In this document: positions 1-10,762 of the stretch, piece by piece
Layout: every line of letters starts with the position of its first letter
Position numbering within the stretch: the first letter of the stretch is position 1
From: Aulosira sp. ZfuVER01
GTDB taxonomy: Bacteria; Cyanobacteriota; Cyanobacteriia; Cyanobacteriales; Nostocaceae
NCBI GenBank assembly: GCA_034530615.2
Contig: JAVRCV020000031.1
Coordinates: 1 to 64,000 of the forward strand
DNA length: 64,000 nt
Direction of reading: 5' to 3'
Made by a program: the position numbers and the translations under genes
The notes under the pieces: generated by a model
Database searches by the model: none
What the model saw: the letters and a program-made list of their open reading frames with translations, nothing else
What the model was told of the DNA's origin: nothing

Positions 1-86
1 TCCGCGCTTGGATGGCTCCTCAAGATCAGCCCCACGAACAATTTGTATTCCCTGAGGAGGTATTACCTCGTGGTAACGCTCTCTAA
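1..86 (+). CDS. psbD: Photosystem II D2 protein, 3' end (partial)
   Basis: Frame from nt 3 reads [27 protein letters not shown], the D2 C-terminus; TAA at 84-86. Confidence 0.97.
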   Translation, partial: RAWMAPQDQPHEQFVFPEEVLPRGNAL

Positions 87-1458
87 TAGACCATCTATCA
101 TGGGCGGTGGACGTGATATCGAATCAACAGGTTTTGCCTGGTGGTCTGGTAACGCTCGTCTGATCAACCTATCTGGCAAACTGCTTGGTGCTCACGTTGC
201 CCACGCTGGTTTGATTGTATTCTGGGCTGGAGCAATGACTTTATTTGAAGTTGCTCACTTCATCCCAGAAAAGCCCATGTATGAACAGGGCTTAATCCTA
301 CTACCTCACATCGCTACTTTGGGCTGGGGTGTTGGCGCTGGTGGCGAAGTCATCGATACTTTCCCCTACTTTGTTGTTGGTGTACTTCACCTAATTTCCT
401 CAGCTGTACTAGGTTTTGGCGGTATTTATCACGCCATCCGTGGTCCAGAAACCTTAGAAGAGTATTCTTCCTTCTTTGGTTACGACTGGAAAGACAAGAA
501 CAAGATGACCAACATCATTGGGTTCCACCTGATCATCCTAGGATGCGGTGCACTCTTGTTGGTGCTGAAGGCGATGTTCTTCGGTGGTGTATATGACACT
601 TGGGCACCTGGTGGTGGTGACGTTCGTGTTATTACTAACCCGACACTGAACCCAGCTATTATCTTTGGTTATCTCATCAAATCTCCTTTTGGTGGCGAAG
701 GCTGGATTGTCAGCGTCGATAACATGGAAGATGTTATCGGCGGTCACATCTGGATTGCCTTCATCTGTATTGCTGGTGGTATTTGGCACATCTTTACCAA
801 GCCTTTTGCTTGGTCACGTCGTGCATCCATCTGGTCTGGTGAAGCTTATCTATCCTACAGCTTGGGCGCTCTGTCCCTGATGGGCTTCATTGCTTCTTGT
901 ATGGTGTGGTACAACAACACTGTTTACCCCAGCGAATTCTACGGTCCTACTGGCCCTGAAGCTTCACAAGCTCAAGCTTTAACCTTCTTAATCCGTGACC
1001 AACGCTTAGGTGCTAACGTTGGTTCCGCACAAGGTCCTACAGGTCTGGGTAAATACCTGATGCGCTCTCCTACTGGTGAAATCATCTTCGGTGGTGAAAC
1101 CATGCGTTTCTGGGATTTCCGTGGCCCTTGGCTGGAGCCTCTACGTGGCCCCAACGGTCTTGACCTAGAAAAAATCAAGAACGATATTCAGCCTTGGCAA
1201 GCTCGTCGTGCTGCTGAATATATGACACACGCTCCTCTGGGTTCCTTGAACTCTGTAGGTGGTGTGGCTACCGAAATCAACTCCTTCAACTATGTATCTC
1301 CTCGTGCATGGTTGGCAACTTCTCACTTCGTGTTAGGTTTCTTCTTCCTAATTGGTCACTTGTGGCACGCTGGTCGCGCTAGAGCAGCAGCAGGTGGTTT
1401 TGAGAAAGGTATTGACCGTGAGAATGAGCCAGTTATGTTCATGAACGAACTCGACTAG
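70..1458 (+). CDS. psbC: Photosystem II CP43 protein
   Basis: [26 protein letters not shown]...[22 protein letters not shown]. The likely start is GTG at 70, overlapping psbD by 17 nt; the ORF-track start at 43 is an artefact. Confidence 0.98.
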   Translation: MVTLSNRPSIMGGGRDIESTGFAWWSGNARLINLSGKLLGAHVAHAGLIVFWAGAMTLFEVAHFIPEKPMYEQGLILLPHIATLGWGVGAGGEVIDTFPYFVVGVLHLISSAVLGFGGIYHAIRGPETLEEYSSFFGYDWKDKNKMTNIIGFHLIILGCGALLLVLKAMFFGGVYDTWAPGGGDVRVITNPTLNPAIIFGYLIKSPFGGEGWIVSVDNMEDVIGGHIWIAFICIAGGIWHIFTKPFAWSRRASIWSGEAYLSYSLGALSLMGFIASCMVWYNNTVYPSEFYGPTGPEASQAQALTFLIRDQRLGANVGSAQGPTGLGKYLMRSPTGEIIFGGETMRFWDFRGPWLEPLRGPNGLDLEKIKNDIQPWQARRAAEYMTHAPLGSLNSVGGVATEINSFNYVSPRAWLATSHFVLGFFFLIGHLWHAGRARAAAGGFEKGIDRENEPVMFMNELD

Positions 1459-1498
1459 TTCGGAAGTTTTCTTTCATCACTGACAATTAAATGCTTCT

Positions 1499-1527
1499 AG
1501 CTCTTGTGTAAAAGCAAGAGCTTTTTT
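1499..1527 (+). terminator. Intrinsic terminator of psbDC
   Basis: Stem AGCTCTTG/CAAGAGCT followed by a T-tract. Confidence 0.8.
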
Positions 1528-1602
1528 ATTGTGCTTCACGTGTTATTTGTCGTTTGTCATTCGTCAGCGGTCACTAAGCTTGCCGAAGTGTTGTTTTTAA
1601 TT

Positions 1603-1704
1603 CAATACGGTTCAGTTAATGGGACTTAAACAAAAAATCCGGATTTAATATCTTAATTTATCGGCGTACATCGGCAGTTAATTATTCTTATCTGAACTGT
1701 ATTC
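1603..1704. mobile_element. MITE with ~17-bp TIRs and 10-bp target duplication
   Basis: CAATACGGTTCAGTTAA ... TTATCTGAACTGTATTC, flanked by GTTTTTAATT (1593-1602) and ATTTTTAATT (1705-1714). Confidence 0.75.
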
Positions 1705-1835
1705 ATTTTTAATTAATTGTTAATAGTTCGTGCTGCTGCAGTATGACACAATCAAATTTATCAGAGGGAAATTTAGCATATTAGGCTTATTAATTTTTAT
1801 TGCTAGACTGCAATTAAATAAAGGGAATATTAAAT

Positions 1836-2021
1836 ATGAGCCACTCAAATTTTTCAGATGCTTTAGGATGGACAGCAGAAGCTAAAGAAAAACTAAAACA
1901 TATCCCTTTCTTTGTTCGCACCCAAGCGAAAGCGCGAATTGAGCATCTAGCGCGTCAAGCAAAGCAAGAGATTGTCACAGCAGAGTTGGTCGAACAAGCA
2001 CGGCTGGAGTTTGGACAGTAA
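1836..2021 (+). CDS. PCP_red (ChlB C-terminal-like) domain small protein
   Basis: [25 protein letters not shown] motif typical of the PCP_red domain. Confidence 0.85.
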   Translation: MSHSNFSDALGWTAEAKEKLKHIPFFVRTQAKARIEHLARQAKQEIVTAELVEQARLEFGQ

Positions 2022-2032
2022 GTTATTTCCAT

Positions 2033-2395
2033 TTAACTTGACGATGAATACTTGTTTAGAGAGTTTGCTGCTTGAATTTTGAATTCTCCCGCAGAATGTT
2101 GACCCCATTCTAAAGTAATCTCTAAATTCGCTGTGGAAGTACCTTTGACTAGTACAGGCGTGAGTTTACCTGATTCCATAGCAATTTCTATACCAAATTT
2201 CACACTAGCCTTATCTGGTTTAACTTTTTGGATTACTTCTGCAATCTCTTTGGTCAAGGATTCAATAGCGACGGTTACTTCATTAAACGGTCGTGTGGGA
2301 ACACTTAATTTGCGTTCTCCAATGAGCGTAGCTTCGACTCTGACATTTGTACCATCAGACAGTTCTACCGAAATAACTTTATTTTGCGCTTCCAT
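2033..2395 (-). CDS. CU044_2847 / Trypco1-family small protein
   Basis: KPDKASVKFGIEIAMESGKL...VKGTSTANLEITLEW matches the family pattern (P-d-e-v-x-vEFG...GkL...A-n-l-x-v-T-L-x-W). Confidence 0.75.
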   Translation of the reverse strand: MEAQNKVISVELSDGTNVRVEATLIGERKLSVPTRPFNEVTVAIESLTKEIAEVIQKVKPDKASVKFGIEIAMESGKLTPVLVKGTSTANLEITLEWGQHSAGEFKIQAANSLNKYSSSS

Positions 2396-2580
2396 GTGGG
2401 TTTAACAGGAGTACTCTGCATTTATATCAATCACGTGTAATAAATACAACCACCCATACAAAATTAAGTTATCGCTCGTTGAGATGTAAATTTTTCATCA
2501 AAAATGACCCTAGTAGCTACTCTACGGGCGTCTACAAGTTTAGCGAACAAACTCACTGGTTCTAAACTCCAAAATGGCTA

Positions 2581-3417
2581 TTACCCTTCTCCCACATTCA
2601 TTGCGGCTAAAAAAGCTTTCTGCTTAACATCTTGGTAAACTGTCTCCAAATACTTCATTACCACATCAGCAGAAGTTATATTTACTACATTCTCTTCTTC
2701 CTTGGCTAAGGGTATTGCTCCCAACACATCTAACACTGTCTCGCTAGCACTAGGCGCAATTACTACTAAAGAAGAATCGAGTGGTTCATGATACTGCCAG
2801 AATGAGTCAAGTTTAATTGTGTATTGATTGTTAGTAATTGACTGTTGAACACCAGATGTTTCTGTGGGCGAAACTTCAATTTTAGCGCTACGTAATTGTC
2901 GTAAATCGCTGATAATTTGCTCTTTGCTACGTCCGCGCAATTTGAATAGTACAAAGGGGTCTTCACTGAAGCGATCGCCTAACTGATAATACACTGCACC
3001 TACGTGTTTACATGGATTGGCTTTATCAGGACAAGAGCATTTACTGCGGATATCAGACAGGGTAAACGGAAATAAAGAAAGTCCATTTGTAGTGAAGACT
3101 TCTTCAATATTTTGTGGCATTTCTCCTGCTAATAACTTGGCAGCAAAAATTGCCTTTTTGGACATTGTTTCAATTACATAACCCCATTCTTCATCGGTAA
3201 ATGGTTCAATTGACAGGGAAACTTTATAAGGTTCTATTTCGCTACCTTGTACCTTAGCTAATACTTTGGCACCTTTAAACTCAATGCTGAGGACATTCCC
3301 CTGACGCGAATAGTTTCTTGCACGTTCTAAACGCTTTTTAAAGCGGTAGGAATCTAATAAATCGAGCCACCTTTGCGACCACCATTCACGACTTGCTTGT
3401 AGAGTGTAATTAGTCAT
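2581..3417 (-). CDS. SWIM zinc finger protein
   Basis: CSCPDKANPCKH motif; RLERARNY; LFKLRGR. Likely start ATG 3417. Confidence 0.92.
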   Translation of the reverse strand: MTNYTLQASREWWSQRWLDLLDSYRFKKRLERARNYSRQGNVLSIEFKGAKVLAKVQGSEIEPYKVSLSIEPFTDEEWGYVIETMSKKAIFAAKLLAGEMPQNIEEVFTTNGLSLFPFTLSDIRSKCSCPDKANPCKHVGAVYYQLGDRFSEDPFVLFKLRGRSKEQIISDLRQLRSAKIEVSPTETSGVQQSITNNQYTIKLDSFWQYHEPLDSSLVVIAPSASETVLDVLGAIPLAKEEENVVNITSADVVMKYLETVYQDVKQKAFLAAMNVGEG

Positions 3418-3468
3418 AGTTAATTCAAAGTTCAACAATAATTCGAGGATTACAGCTAACGAATGGAT

Positions 3469-3642
3469 GGGAGCATCCCACTTTGTGATCTGTCATTGCG
3501 AGCGAAGCGTTCGCTGAAAGCGTTCTCGAAGAGTAGCAATCGCAAGGACTCGCTCTTAGTTGAAGATTTTGTGATTGCTTCGTCGTTCCTCCTCGCAATG
3601 AAAATTATTATCTAATCAAAAAATGAAACCTGGGATGCACCC
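3469..3642. mobile_element. MITE (TIR GGGAGCATCCCA/TGGGATGCACCC) with 9-bp TSD, carrying a REP-like palindrome
   Basis: Perfect duplication CGAATGGAT at 3460-3468 and 3643-3651; internal TCATTGCGAG...CTCGCAATGA palindrome. Confidence 0.88.
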
Positions 3643-3769
3643 CGAATGGATTACTATAGGAATCCTAAATTATTAGGATGAACACAGATATTTGTCAGTG
3701 TGCATCCGTGTTTATATGTGTTTCATTATTTGAGACAATTTTAGGAGGTTCCGCTGGCAAAATTTTTTA

Positions 3770-6700
3770 TCATTCATCCTCTTCAATGACAGAACTGCGA
3801 TCGAGTAAAAGTAAATTGCGAAGTTGGTCTGTATCTAGTTCAGTTAGCCAATCTTCTCCTGCACCCACGACTTGTTCTGCAAGTTGTTTTTTACTTTCAA
3901 TCATGTCGTGAATTTTCTCTTCTAGAGTGCCAGTGCAGACAAATTTATGTACTTGGACATTGCGGGTTTGACCAATCCGAAATACTCGGTCTGTAGCTTG
4001 ATTTTCGACTGCGGGGTTCCACCATCTATCAAAGTGGAAAACATGATTTGCTCTCGTTAAATTTAACCCCACACCTCCAGCTTTTAAAGAAAGAATCATA
4101 ATAGGTGGACCTTGGGGGTCGTGTTGGAAACGGTCGATCATTTCCTCACGTTGTTTTTTACTAGTGCTACCATACAAAAAGAAAATCTCTCGCCCTAGTT
4201 GTTTTTCTAAATGGGGTTTGAGTAACTTGCCCCATTCTGCAAACTGAGTGAAGATTAAAGCGCGATCGCCTTCCGCTAAGGCCTCATCTAGCATTTCATC
4301 CAAACGCTGAAGTTTGCCAGAATTATATTTGTCTAACGTGCTTTCTTTTAAATATTGGGCTGGATGATTGCAGACTTGTTTGAGCTTAATTAATAAAGCT
4401 AAAATCATCCCCCGGCGTTGTAATCCTGTGGCAGTGTCAATCTCTGCTAAAGACTCTTCCACCACTTTTTGATAAAGTGTGGCTTGTTCGGGAGTGAGTC
4501 CACAAAATACTGTCATTTCTTGCTTTTCTGGCAAGTCTTGAATAATATCACGATCTGTTTTCAGTCGCCGCAAAATAAATGGTTGAACTAATGAACGCAA
4601 TTGATTTAATGAAGCGGAATCGCCATACTTCTCAATAGGCATGGCAAACCTGCGTTGAAAGAACTGCTTATTACCCAAATAACCGGGATTGAGAAAATCT
4701 AAAATAGACCAGAGTTCTTGCAATCTATTTTCTACTGGTGTACCAGTTAAAGCAATACGAAATGTTGTTTCTAATTGTCTAACAGCCTGGGATTGCTTGG
4801 CATCAGAATTCTTGACATTTTGCGCTTCATCTAAAACTATTGCTTGCCAATCCACACTCTGCAATGATTTGAGATCTCGGTGAATTAGTGAGTAACTAGT
4901 GACGACTATATCTTGCTTTTTCACTGCTTCTGTAAACGCTTTACCTTTAGGGCGTTTATCACCGTGATATTGTAAAATTTTGAGTGTGGGAGCAAATTTA
5001 TTAACTTCTCTTTCCCAGTTACCTAATACAGAAGTTGGAGAAACTAGGAGAGTGGGTTTTTCTAATGCATCCTGTTCTTTCAGATGTAAAAGAAAAGCGA
5101 TGAACTGGATGGTTTTACCAAGTCCCATATCGTCGGCGAGACAAGCACCCAAACCCCAACGTTCTAAGAAAGCTAACCAAGCCGCACCTCGCTGTTGATA
5201 AGGCCGCAACTGTCCTCGGAAATTAGCTGGTGTGGGTAAAGGTGCGATCGCCTGATTATTTGTCAGTGCCCCAATTAACTCTTGTAATGCCCCAGATGCT
5301 TCAAAACTGACCACAGGTAATTTTTCAATTGCCTGTGTATCCCCTGTACTCAAACGCAAAGCATCTTCTAGAGAAAGCGCCATTTTTTCTTTACGGGAAG
5401 CAAAAAAGGCTTGGGCTGTCTTAATATCTTGGGGACGTAACTCTACCCACTCACCGTTAATTTCTACTAATGGGCTCTTTAATGCTACCAGCCTGTCAAA
5501 CTGAGCTTTAGAAATTGTTTGTCCGCCGATCGCTAATTGCCACTGAAAATTCAGCAAACTCTGCAATCCCAAGCGTCCTTGCTTTTGATTTGGCGTTTCG
5601 GCAGTAATTTTTAACCCCAAACGGTTCGCCCATCCTTCGCGGTTTGCCAAACTCGGCGGTAAAACTACACCTAAACCACTATCTTCTAACCTCCAAGCTA
5701 CAGACTTAATAAATTCGTAAGCCTGCATCGGGTTAAGACTACAAGATTCAGGATAGTCACTTTCTAAACTAGGTGCGATCGCGGCATACAATCGGGAAGC
5801 TAACCCCAAACCCCGCAGAAATGTTTCTTGGGGTTCTGCGATTGTACGATTTTGATATGTTAATTGCTCAACTGGATGCTGCCAAATCGTTGCCGCATTA
5901 ACCAAAAACTCTGGATCGTCCGCAGCTTGGAGATGATATACCAATTTCCATTCTGATTCTCCAGCCTCAGGCGATCGCAATTCAAAACAGGTACGAAATA
6001 AAGCTTTATGAGTTAATTGATATTGTAGCGGCATCATCCACGCTGTCAGTGCCGCTTGTAACCTTTCCATGCCAATCGGATCGGCACTAGCTGTTTGAGA
6101 TTCATTAGTTAAAGCTTGCAACCACTGCCGCACTGCTGCTGGTAAAGATGCCATCACCCTGCTTTCAATTGGGGGTTGGGAACCTACCATTTCTCGGACT
6201 TGGGCATCTATCGTACTGTTGAGAAATCCTAAAAGTAATTCTTGAGGTTCTAGTGGTAAATCTAGATATAGTTGGGATTGCCTTAATTCCTCACTTTCTA
6301 GCGCTTGTTGATCAGTGCGGCAAGCTAATGGCATCAACTGAGAAAATTTTTCTAACCTTGTGCCATCTACAGCACTATCCAAAAGTACTTGCCAGCTAGC
6401 ACCTATCGAACTATCCGATTGTCGTTGGATTGTTGGTAAAAACTTACACCGGGAAATTAAATCTAAACTCCAACGAGCAACCTGCGACCAAAAGCGTAAA
6501 TCTCCCCCTAAAAAAGCATCATCTCCGCTAATGGTACTTAAGGGGAGAGAAGAAAGAAATTTCATCGCTGCGGCAGGATTAAGACAAAAACCCTCGACTC
6601 GCCAAGGGTGCAGATATGGTAAAGAATCCGTTTGCTGTGCAGGTATTAATTGCGTTTCGACAACAGCAGAATGTAGCGGAAAAATGCTGTTTTCTGATAT

Positions 6701-7003
6701 TTGAGTTGGTAAAGCAATGATTTGGGTATGGCTGGGCAATTTAACTTCAGTAACACTTGCACTTTGACGTTTTCGCCCTGCACTTACAGCTACTTGTGGT
6801 TGCTGGATCGAGTTGGCAATTTTCAAATTTCGGGAACGCAACCACTCACTTAACTCTTGTAGTGTCATTGCCAATGGATGTAATGGGATATCAAAAGCAA
6901 CATCAGCATCAGAATTTACCTGCGAAGAACGCCAAGTTTCTCCCCAAATAAATAAACAACTATTGTGCTTTTGATTTAACCAAATACCATGTAAAATTGC
7001 CAT
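3770..7003 (-). CDS. SNF2-family DEAD/DEAH helicase (DUF3670-type)
   Basis: LADDMGLGKT, DEAQ, ALTGTPVENRL, LSLKAGGVGLNL, QATDRVFRIGQ. Confidence 0.96.
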   Translation of the reverse strand: MAILHGIWLNQKHNSCLFIWGETWRSSQVNSDADVAFDIPLHPLAMTLQELSEWLRSRNLKIANSIQQPQVAVSAGRKRQSASVTEVKLPSHTQIIALPTQISENSIFPLHSAVVETQLIPAQQTDSLPYLHPWRVEGFCLNPAAAMKFLSSLPLSTISGDDAFLGGDLRFWSQVARWSLDLISRCKFLPTIQRQSDSSIGASWQVLLDSAVDGTRLEKFSQLMPLACRTDQQALESEELRQSQLYLDLPLEPQELLLGFLNSTIDAQVREMVGSQPPIESRVMASLPAAVRQWLQALTNESQTASADPIGMERLQAALTAWMMPLQYQLTHKALFRTCFELRSPEAGESEWKLVYHLQAADDPEFLVNAATIWQHPVEQLTYQNRTIAEPQETFLRGLGLASRLYAAIAPSLESDYPESCSLNPMQAYEFIKSVAWRLEDSGLGVVLPPSLANREGWANRLGLKITAETPNQKQGRLGLQSLLNFQWQLAIGGQTISKAQFDRLVALKSPLVEINGEWVELRPQDIKTAQAFFASRKEKMALSLEDALRLSTGDTQAIEKLPVVSFEASGALQELIGALTNNQAIAPLPTPANFRGQLRPYQQRGAAWLAFLERWGLGACLADDMGLGKTIQFIAFLLHLKEQDALEKPTLLVSPTSVLGNWEREVNKFAPTLKILQYHGDKRPKGKAFTEAVKKQDIVVTSYSLIHRDLKSLQSVDWQAIVLDEAQNVKNSDAKQSQAVRQLETTFRIALTGTPVENRLQELWSILDFLNPGYLGNKQFFQRRFAMPIEKYGDSASLNQLRSLVQPFILRRLKTDRDIIQDLPEKQEMTVFCGLTPEQATLYQKVVEESLAEIDTATGLQRRGMILALLIKLKQVCNHPAQYLKESTLDKYNSGKLQRLDEMLDEALAEGDRALIFTQFAEWGKLLKPHLEKQLGREIFFLYGSTSKKQREEMIDRFQHDPQGPPIMILSLKAGGVGLNLTRANHVFHFDRWWNPAVENQATDRVFRIGQTRNVQVHKFVCTGTLEEKIHDMIESKKQLAEQVVGAGEDWLTELDTDQLRNLLLLDRSSVIEEDE

Positions 7004-7228
7004 TTTCCAACTACCAAGCTACTACTTATCTGTTTGCTGTAATCCAGTATGAATTTATAAATATTTAGCGATCGCACTTCCTTATATACATATACTTAAT
7101 TATTTATTTCAGCCAAATTCATCTGCGTTCATCTGCGTCTATCCTCTTTTATCGGGGTTAATCTTTTTAATAATCAAAAGTATAGAATTGCTATATAATT
7201 AAAAGTCATACTTAAAAAGTATTAATAA

Positions 7229-7774
7229 ATGCAATTTCCTCTTTATCAAGTTATAAAAAATGGCATAAAAGTAGAACTAGATTATATGCATCCTCAAGAG
7301 CAAGAGGTAGTTAGAGCATTACTAAATCTAGTAATTATTGAAGGGAAAACCTATCCTCAAAAGCAACCCCTTTCTCCGGCAGAATTTGCGGCTTATTGGT
7401 TGAGTCAGGATGCCTTTGTTGTCAGGGCAGTTGAGCAGAGCAATATACACGAACATAAAGAAATATTAGGGGCATTTTATTTGAAACCCAACTTCCCTGG
7501 TCGGTGTAGCCATATTTGCAACGCTGGTTTCATTGTACAACCACAGTTGCGAGGTCAGGGCATAGGCAAGTTTATGGGAGAGGCGATGCTAGCGATCGCA
7601 ACTGGCTTGGGCTACGAGGCGGTGATGTTCAATTTAATCTTTGAAACTAATATACCGTCAATTACACTGTGGCAGACATTGGGATTTGAAATCATTGGGC
7701 GCATTCCCCAGGCAGCGAAATTAGCCGATGGGCAAGTGGTAGAGGCACTTATGATGTATCGTGCTTTATGTTGA
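7229..7774 (+). CDS. GNAT N-acetyltransferase
   Basis: YLKPNFPGRCSHICNAGFIV...RGQGIG acetyl-CoA motif. Confidence 0.88.
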   Translation: MQFPLYQVIKNGIKVELDYMHPQEQEVVRALLNLVIIEGKTYPQKQPLSPAEFAAYWLSQDAFVVRAVEQSNIHEHKEILGAFYLKPNFPGRCSHICNAGFIVQPQLRGQGIGKFMGEAMLAIATGLGYEAVMFNLIFETNIPSITLWQTLGFEIIGRIPQAAKLADGQVVEALMMYRALC

Positions 7775-7876
7775 CAAAGTTGTTTATCTTTGTATGTAGC
7801 CCAAGCCAGCCATAGTGCATAAATGTTAGGATTGCCACAGAGAGAGAATAGCGTGCATAGAAGGAAAAAAAACTGA

Positions 7877-10033
7877 ATGACAGAAGTTGATAAGTCAATA
7901 TCCTTTGACGGACGGGATATTCGACTGAAAGTAGGCCTACTAGCACCCCAAGCTGGTGGGTCGGTTTTGATACAATCAGGGGATACAGCTGTTTTGGTGA
8001 CGGCTACGCGATCGCAAGCCAGAGAAGGCATTGATTTTCTTCCCCTCACAGTAGATTACGAAGAAAGACTGTATGCTGCGGGTAGGATTCCCGGCGGGAT
8101 CATGCGGCGTGAAGGTCGTCCACCAGAAAAAACAATTCTTACTAGCCGACTGATAGACCGTCCCCTGCGTCCGCTGTTCCCTTCATGGTTGCGGGATGAC
8201 TTGCAAGTTGTCGCGTTGACATTGTCAATGGATGAGCAAGTACCGCCCGATGTGTTAGCTGTTACAGGCGCTTCGATTGCTACTCTAATTGCCCAAATTC
8301 CGTTTAACGGGCCAATGGCAGCAGTCAGGGTAGGCTTAGTAGGAGACGATTTCGTCATTAACCCTACCTATGCAGAAATTGAAGCTGGAGACTTGGATCT
8401 GATAGTAGCAGGTTCACCAGATGGGGTAATTATGGTAGAGGCGGGAGCCAATCAATTGCCAGAGCGAGATATCATCGAAGCGATTGATTTTGGCTACGAA
8501 GCGGTGCGGGATTTAATCAAGGCACAACTAGATTTAGTTGCAGAACTCGGTCTAGAAATTGTCAAAGGAGAACCCCCAGAAGTAGACGCGACTTTAGACC
8601 AGTTTATTAGCGATCGCGCTAGTGAAGAGATTAAGAAAATTCTCGCGCAATTTGAGTTGACTAAGCCAGAGCGAGATGCAGCTTTGGATGTAGTTAAGGA
8701 TAGTATTGCCAATGCGATCGCAGAACTTCCAGAAGAAGACCCAGTTCGCGTTGCTACAGCCGCCAATAGCAAAGCCCTTGGTAACACCTTCAAGGAAATT
8801 ACCAAACACTTCATGCGCCGTCAGATTATCGAAGACAACGTTCGCGTTGATGGTCGTAAACTCGATGAAGTGCGTCCCGTTTCTTGTTTAGTTGATGTTT
8901 TACCTAAGCGCGTTCACGGTAGCGGCTTGTTTAATCGGGGACTTACTCAGGTATTATCTGCCTGTACCCTTGGTACACCCGGAGATGCCCAAAATCTCAA
9001 TGACGACCTGCAAACAGACCAATCCAAACGCTACTTACACCATTATAACTTCCCACCCTTCTCAGTCGGGGAAACTAAGCCGATGCGTGCCCCAGGTCGG
9101 CGTGAAATTGGTCATGGTGCATTAGCAGAGCGAGCGCTGTTACCTGTGCTACCACCTAAAGAACAATTCCCTTACGTAATTCGCGTAGTATCGGAAGTAC
9201 TGTCTTCTAACGGTTCCACCTCGATGGGTTCGGTGTGCGGTTCTACCTTGGCTTTAATGGATGCTGGCGTACCAATTCTCAAGCCTGTCAGCGGTGCAGC
9301 AATGGGTCTAATTAAAGAAGGCGCAGAAGTCCGTGTTCTCACTGATATTCAGGGGATCGAAGACTTTTTAGGCGACATGGACTTTAAAGTTGCTGGGACA
9401 GATGCGGGGATCACAGCCTTACAAATGGACATGAAAATCTCCGGTCTGTCTTTGGACATTATTGCCCAAGCCATCCACCAAGCCAAATCAGCCCGCTTGC
9501 ACATTTTGGACAAAATGCTCCAAACCATTGAGCAACCACGCATAGAAACTTCACCTTATGCCCCACGTTTATTGACCATTAAGATTGATCCTGACATGAT
9601 CGGTCTGGTGATTGGGCCTGGAGGCAAGACAATTAAAGGCATCACTGAGGAAACAGGTGCAAAAATTGACATCGAAGATGATGGCACCGTCACAATTTCC
9701 GCTGTGGATGAAAGTAAGGCTAAGAGAGCCAGAAACATCATCCAAGGTATGACCCGCAAGTTGCATGAAGGTGATGTTTATGTAGGAAGAGTGACTCGGA
9801 TTATACCTATAGGTGCCTTTGTGGAATTTTTGCCCGGTAAGGAAGGCATGATCCACATTTCTCAACTAGCTGACTACCGCGTTGGCAAAGTTGAGGATGA
9901 AGTAGCTGTGGGCGATGAAGTGATTGTCAAAGTGCGCGAAATTGACAACAAAGGTCGGATTAATCTCACACGTTTAGGTATCCATCCTGACCAGGCAGCT
10001 GCGGCGCGGGAAGCGGCAGCAGTAAATCGATAG
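7877..10033 (+). CDS. pnp: Polyribonucleotide nucleotidyltransferase
   Basis: Two RNase PH domains ([35 protein letters not shown]), KH and S1 domains. Confidence 0.98.
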   Translation: MTEVDKSISFDGRDIRLKVGLLAPQAGGSVLIQSGDTAVLVTATRSQAREGIDFLPLTVDYEERLYAAGRIPGGIMRREGRPPEKTILTSRLIDRPLRPLFPSWLRDDLQVVALTLSMDEQVPPDVLAVTGASIATLIAQIPFNGPMAAVRVGLVGDDFVINPTYAEIEAGDLDLIVAGSPDGVIMVEAGANQLPERDIIEAIDFGYEAVRDLIKAQLDLVAELGLEIVKGEPPEVDATLDQFISDRASEEIKKILAQFELTKPERDAALDVVKDSIANAIAELPEEDPVRVATAANSKALGNTFKEITKHFMRRQIIEDNVRVDGRKLDEVRPVSCLVDVLPKRVHGSGLFNRGLTQVLSACTLGTPGDAQNLNDDLQTDQSKRYLHHYNFPPFSVGETKPMRAPGRREIGHGALAERALLPVLPPKEQFPYVIRVVSEVLSSNGSTSMGSVCGSTLALMDAGVPILKPVSGAAMGLIKEGAEVRVLTDIQGIEDFLGDMDFKVAGTDAGITALQMDMKISGLSLDIIAQAIHQAKSARLHILDKMLQTIEQPRIETSPYAPRLLTIKIDPDMIGLVIGPGGKTIKGITEETGAKIDIEDDGTVTISAVDESKAKRARNIIQGMTRKLHEGDVYVGRVTRIIPIGAFVEFLPGKEGMIHISQLADYRVGKVEDEVAVGDEVIVKVREIDNKGRINLTRLGIHPDQAAAAREAAAVNR

Positions 10034-10071
10034 ATAAATCGATTTAGGATTTTAGATTGAATCTAAAATCC

Positions 10072-10096
10072 GCGATGCCTTAGGGCAAGGCATCGC
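10072..10096 (+). terminator. Stem-loop after pnp
   Basis: GCGATGCCTT-AGGGC-AAGGCATCGC, 10-bp perfect stem; weak U-tract. Confidence 0.6.
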
Positions 10097-10140
10097 TGTA
10101 TGCTTCTCTCATTCATCTGTCAAGCTTATTCAAGCCGAAC

Positions 10141-10647
10141 GACTGAAGTCGCGGCTAAAGAAACAAAGTCTGTATGTCCAGGCTGCTTGCAAATAAATTT
10201 AAGTTGATCGCAGCCGCAATACTGAAGTCACGGCTACAAGAAAACAGCCTTTCTAGGCAACAATGATGTAATTAAATGATTTCCCAATCAGAAATCAGAG
10301 ATTTTTGTTGATGGTGGGTGGTTTTGTTGCGAATGTAATTGGCTATCTGATCGATGAGATGATGACTAACTGTAAATGCATCCTAACCACCTTGCCATTT
10401 GAAAAATCAACTTAATGTTGGGGGAAATGCAAATTAAATAAGCTGGATCTAGTCAGCAACTTTTACTTAACTAAGTAACATTCTGATGTAGGGTGTGTTA
10501 TGCCAAAGGCTAACGCACCTTGAATTTTTGATGGTGTTTTACTCCAGAGAGATAGTACACTCCATAATTTAGTTAACATAATTGAAAATTATTCCATACC
10601 TTTTTTATGGCAGGCCGTACTTAGTCTGTGTAACTGTGACTTCAGTC
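10141..10647. repeat. Cluster of REP-like repeats
   Basis: GACTGAAGTCGCGGCT (10141), ACTGAAGTCACGGCT (10221), inverted copy TGTAACTGTGACTTCAGTC (10629-10647); also GTAGGGTGTGTTATGCC...GGCTAACGCACC (~10488-10519). Confidence 0.7.
10272..10430 (-). pseudogene. IS200/IS605-family (Y1 HUH, TnpA/RAYT-like) transposase remnant
   Basis: Minus strand reads AFPPTLS*FFKWQGG*DAFTVSHHLIDQIANYIRNKTTHHQQKSLISDWEII*, matching the FxWQxGYgAFsVS...YIxNQxxHH C-terminal motif. Confidence 0.8.
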
Positions 10648-10762
10648 TTTAGGCTCAATTGACAAATACTCACTTTGCCACTTTCTCGATTTACGCTATG
10701 TTTGGTATTACAAGAATTAGCCTACGTGGTTAACTTGAATTCTCAACTTAACATCCAGCATT

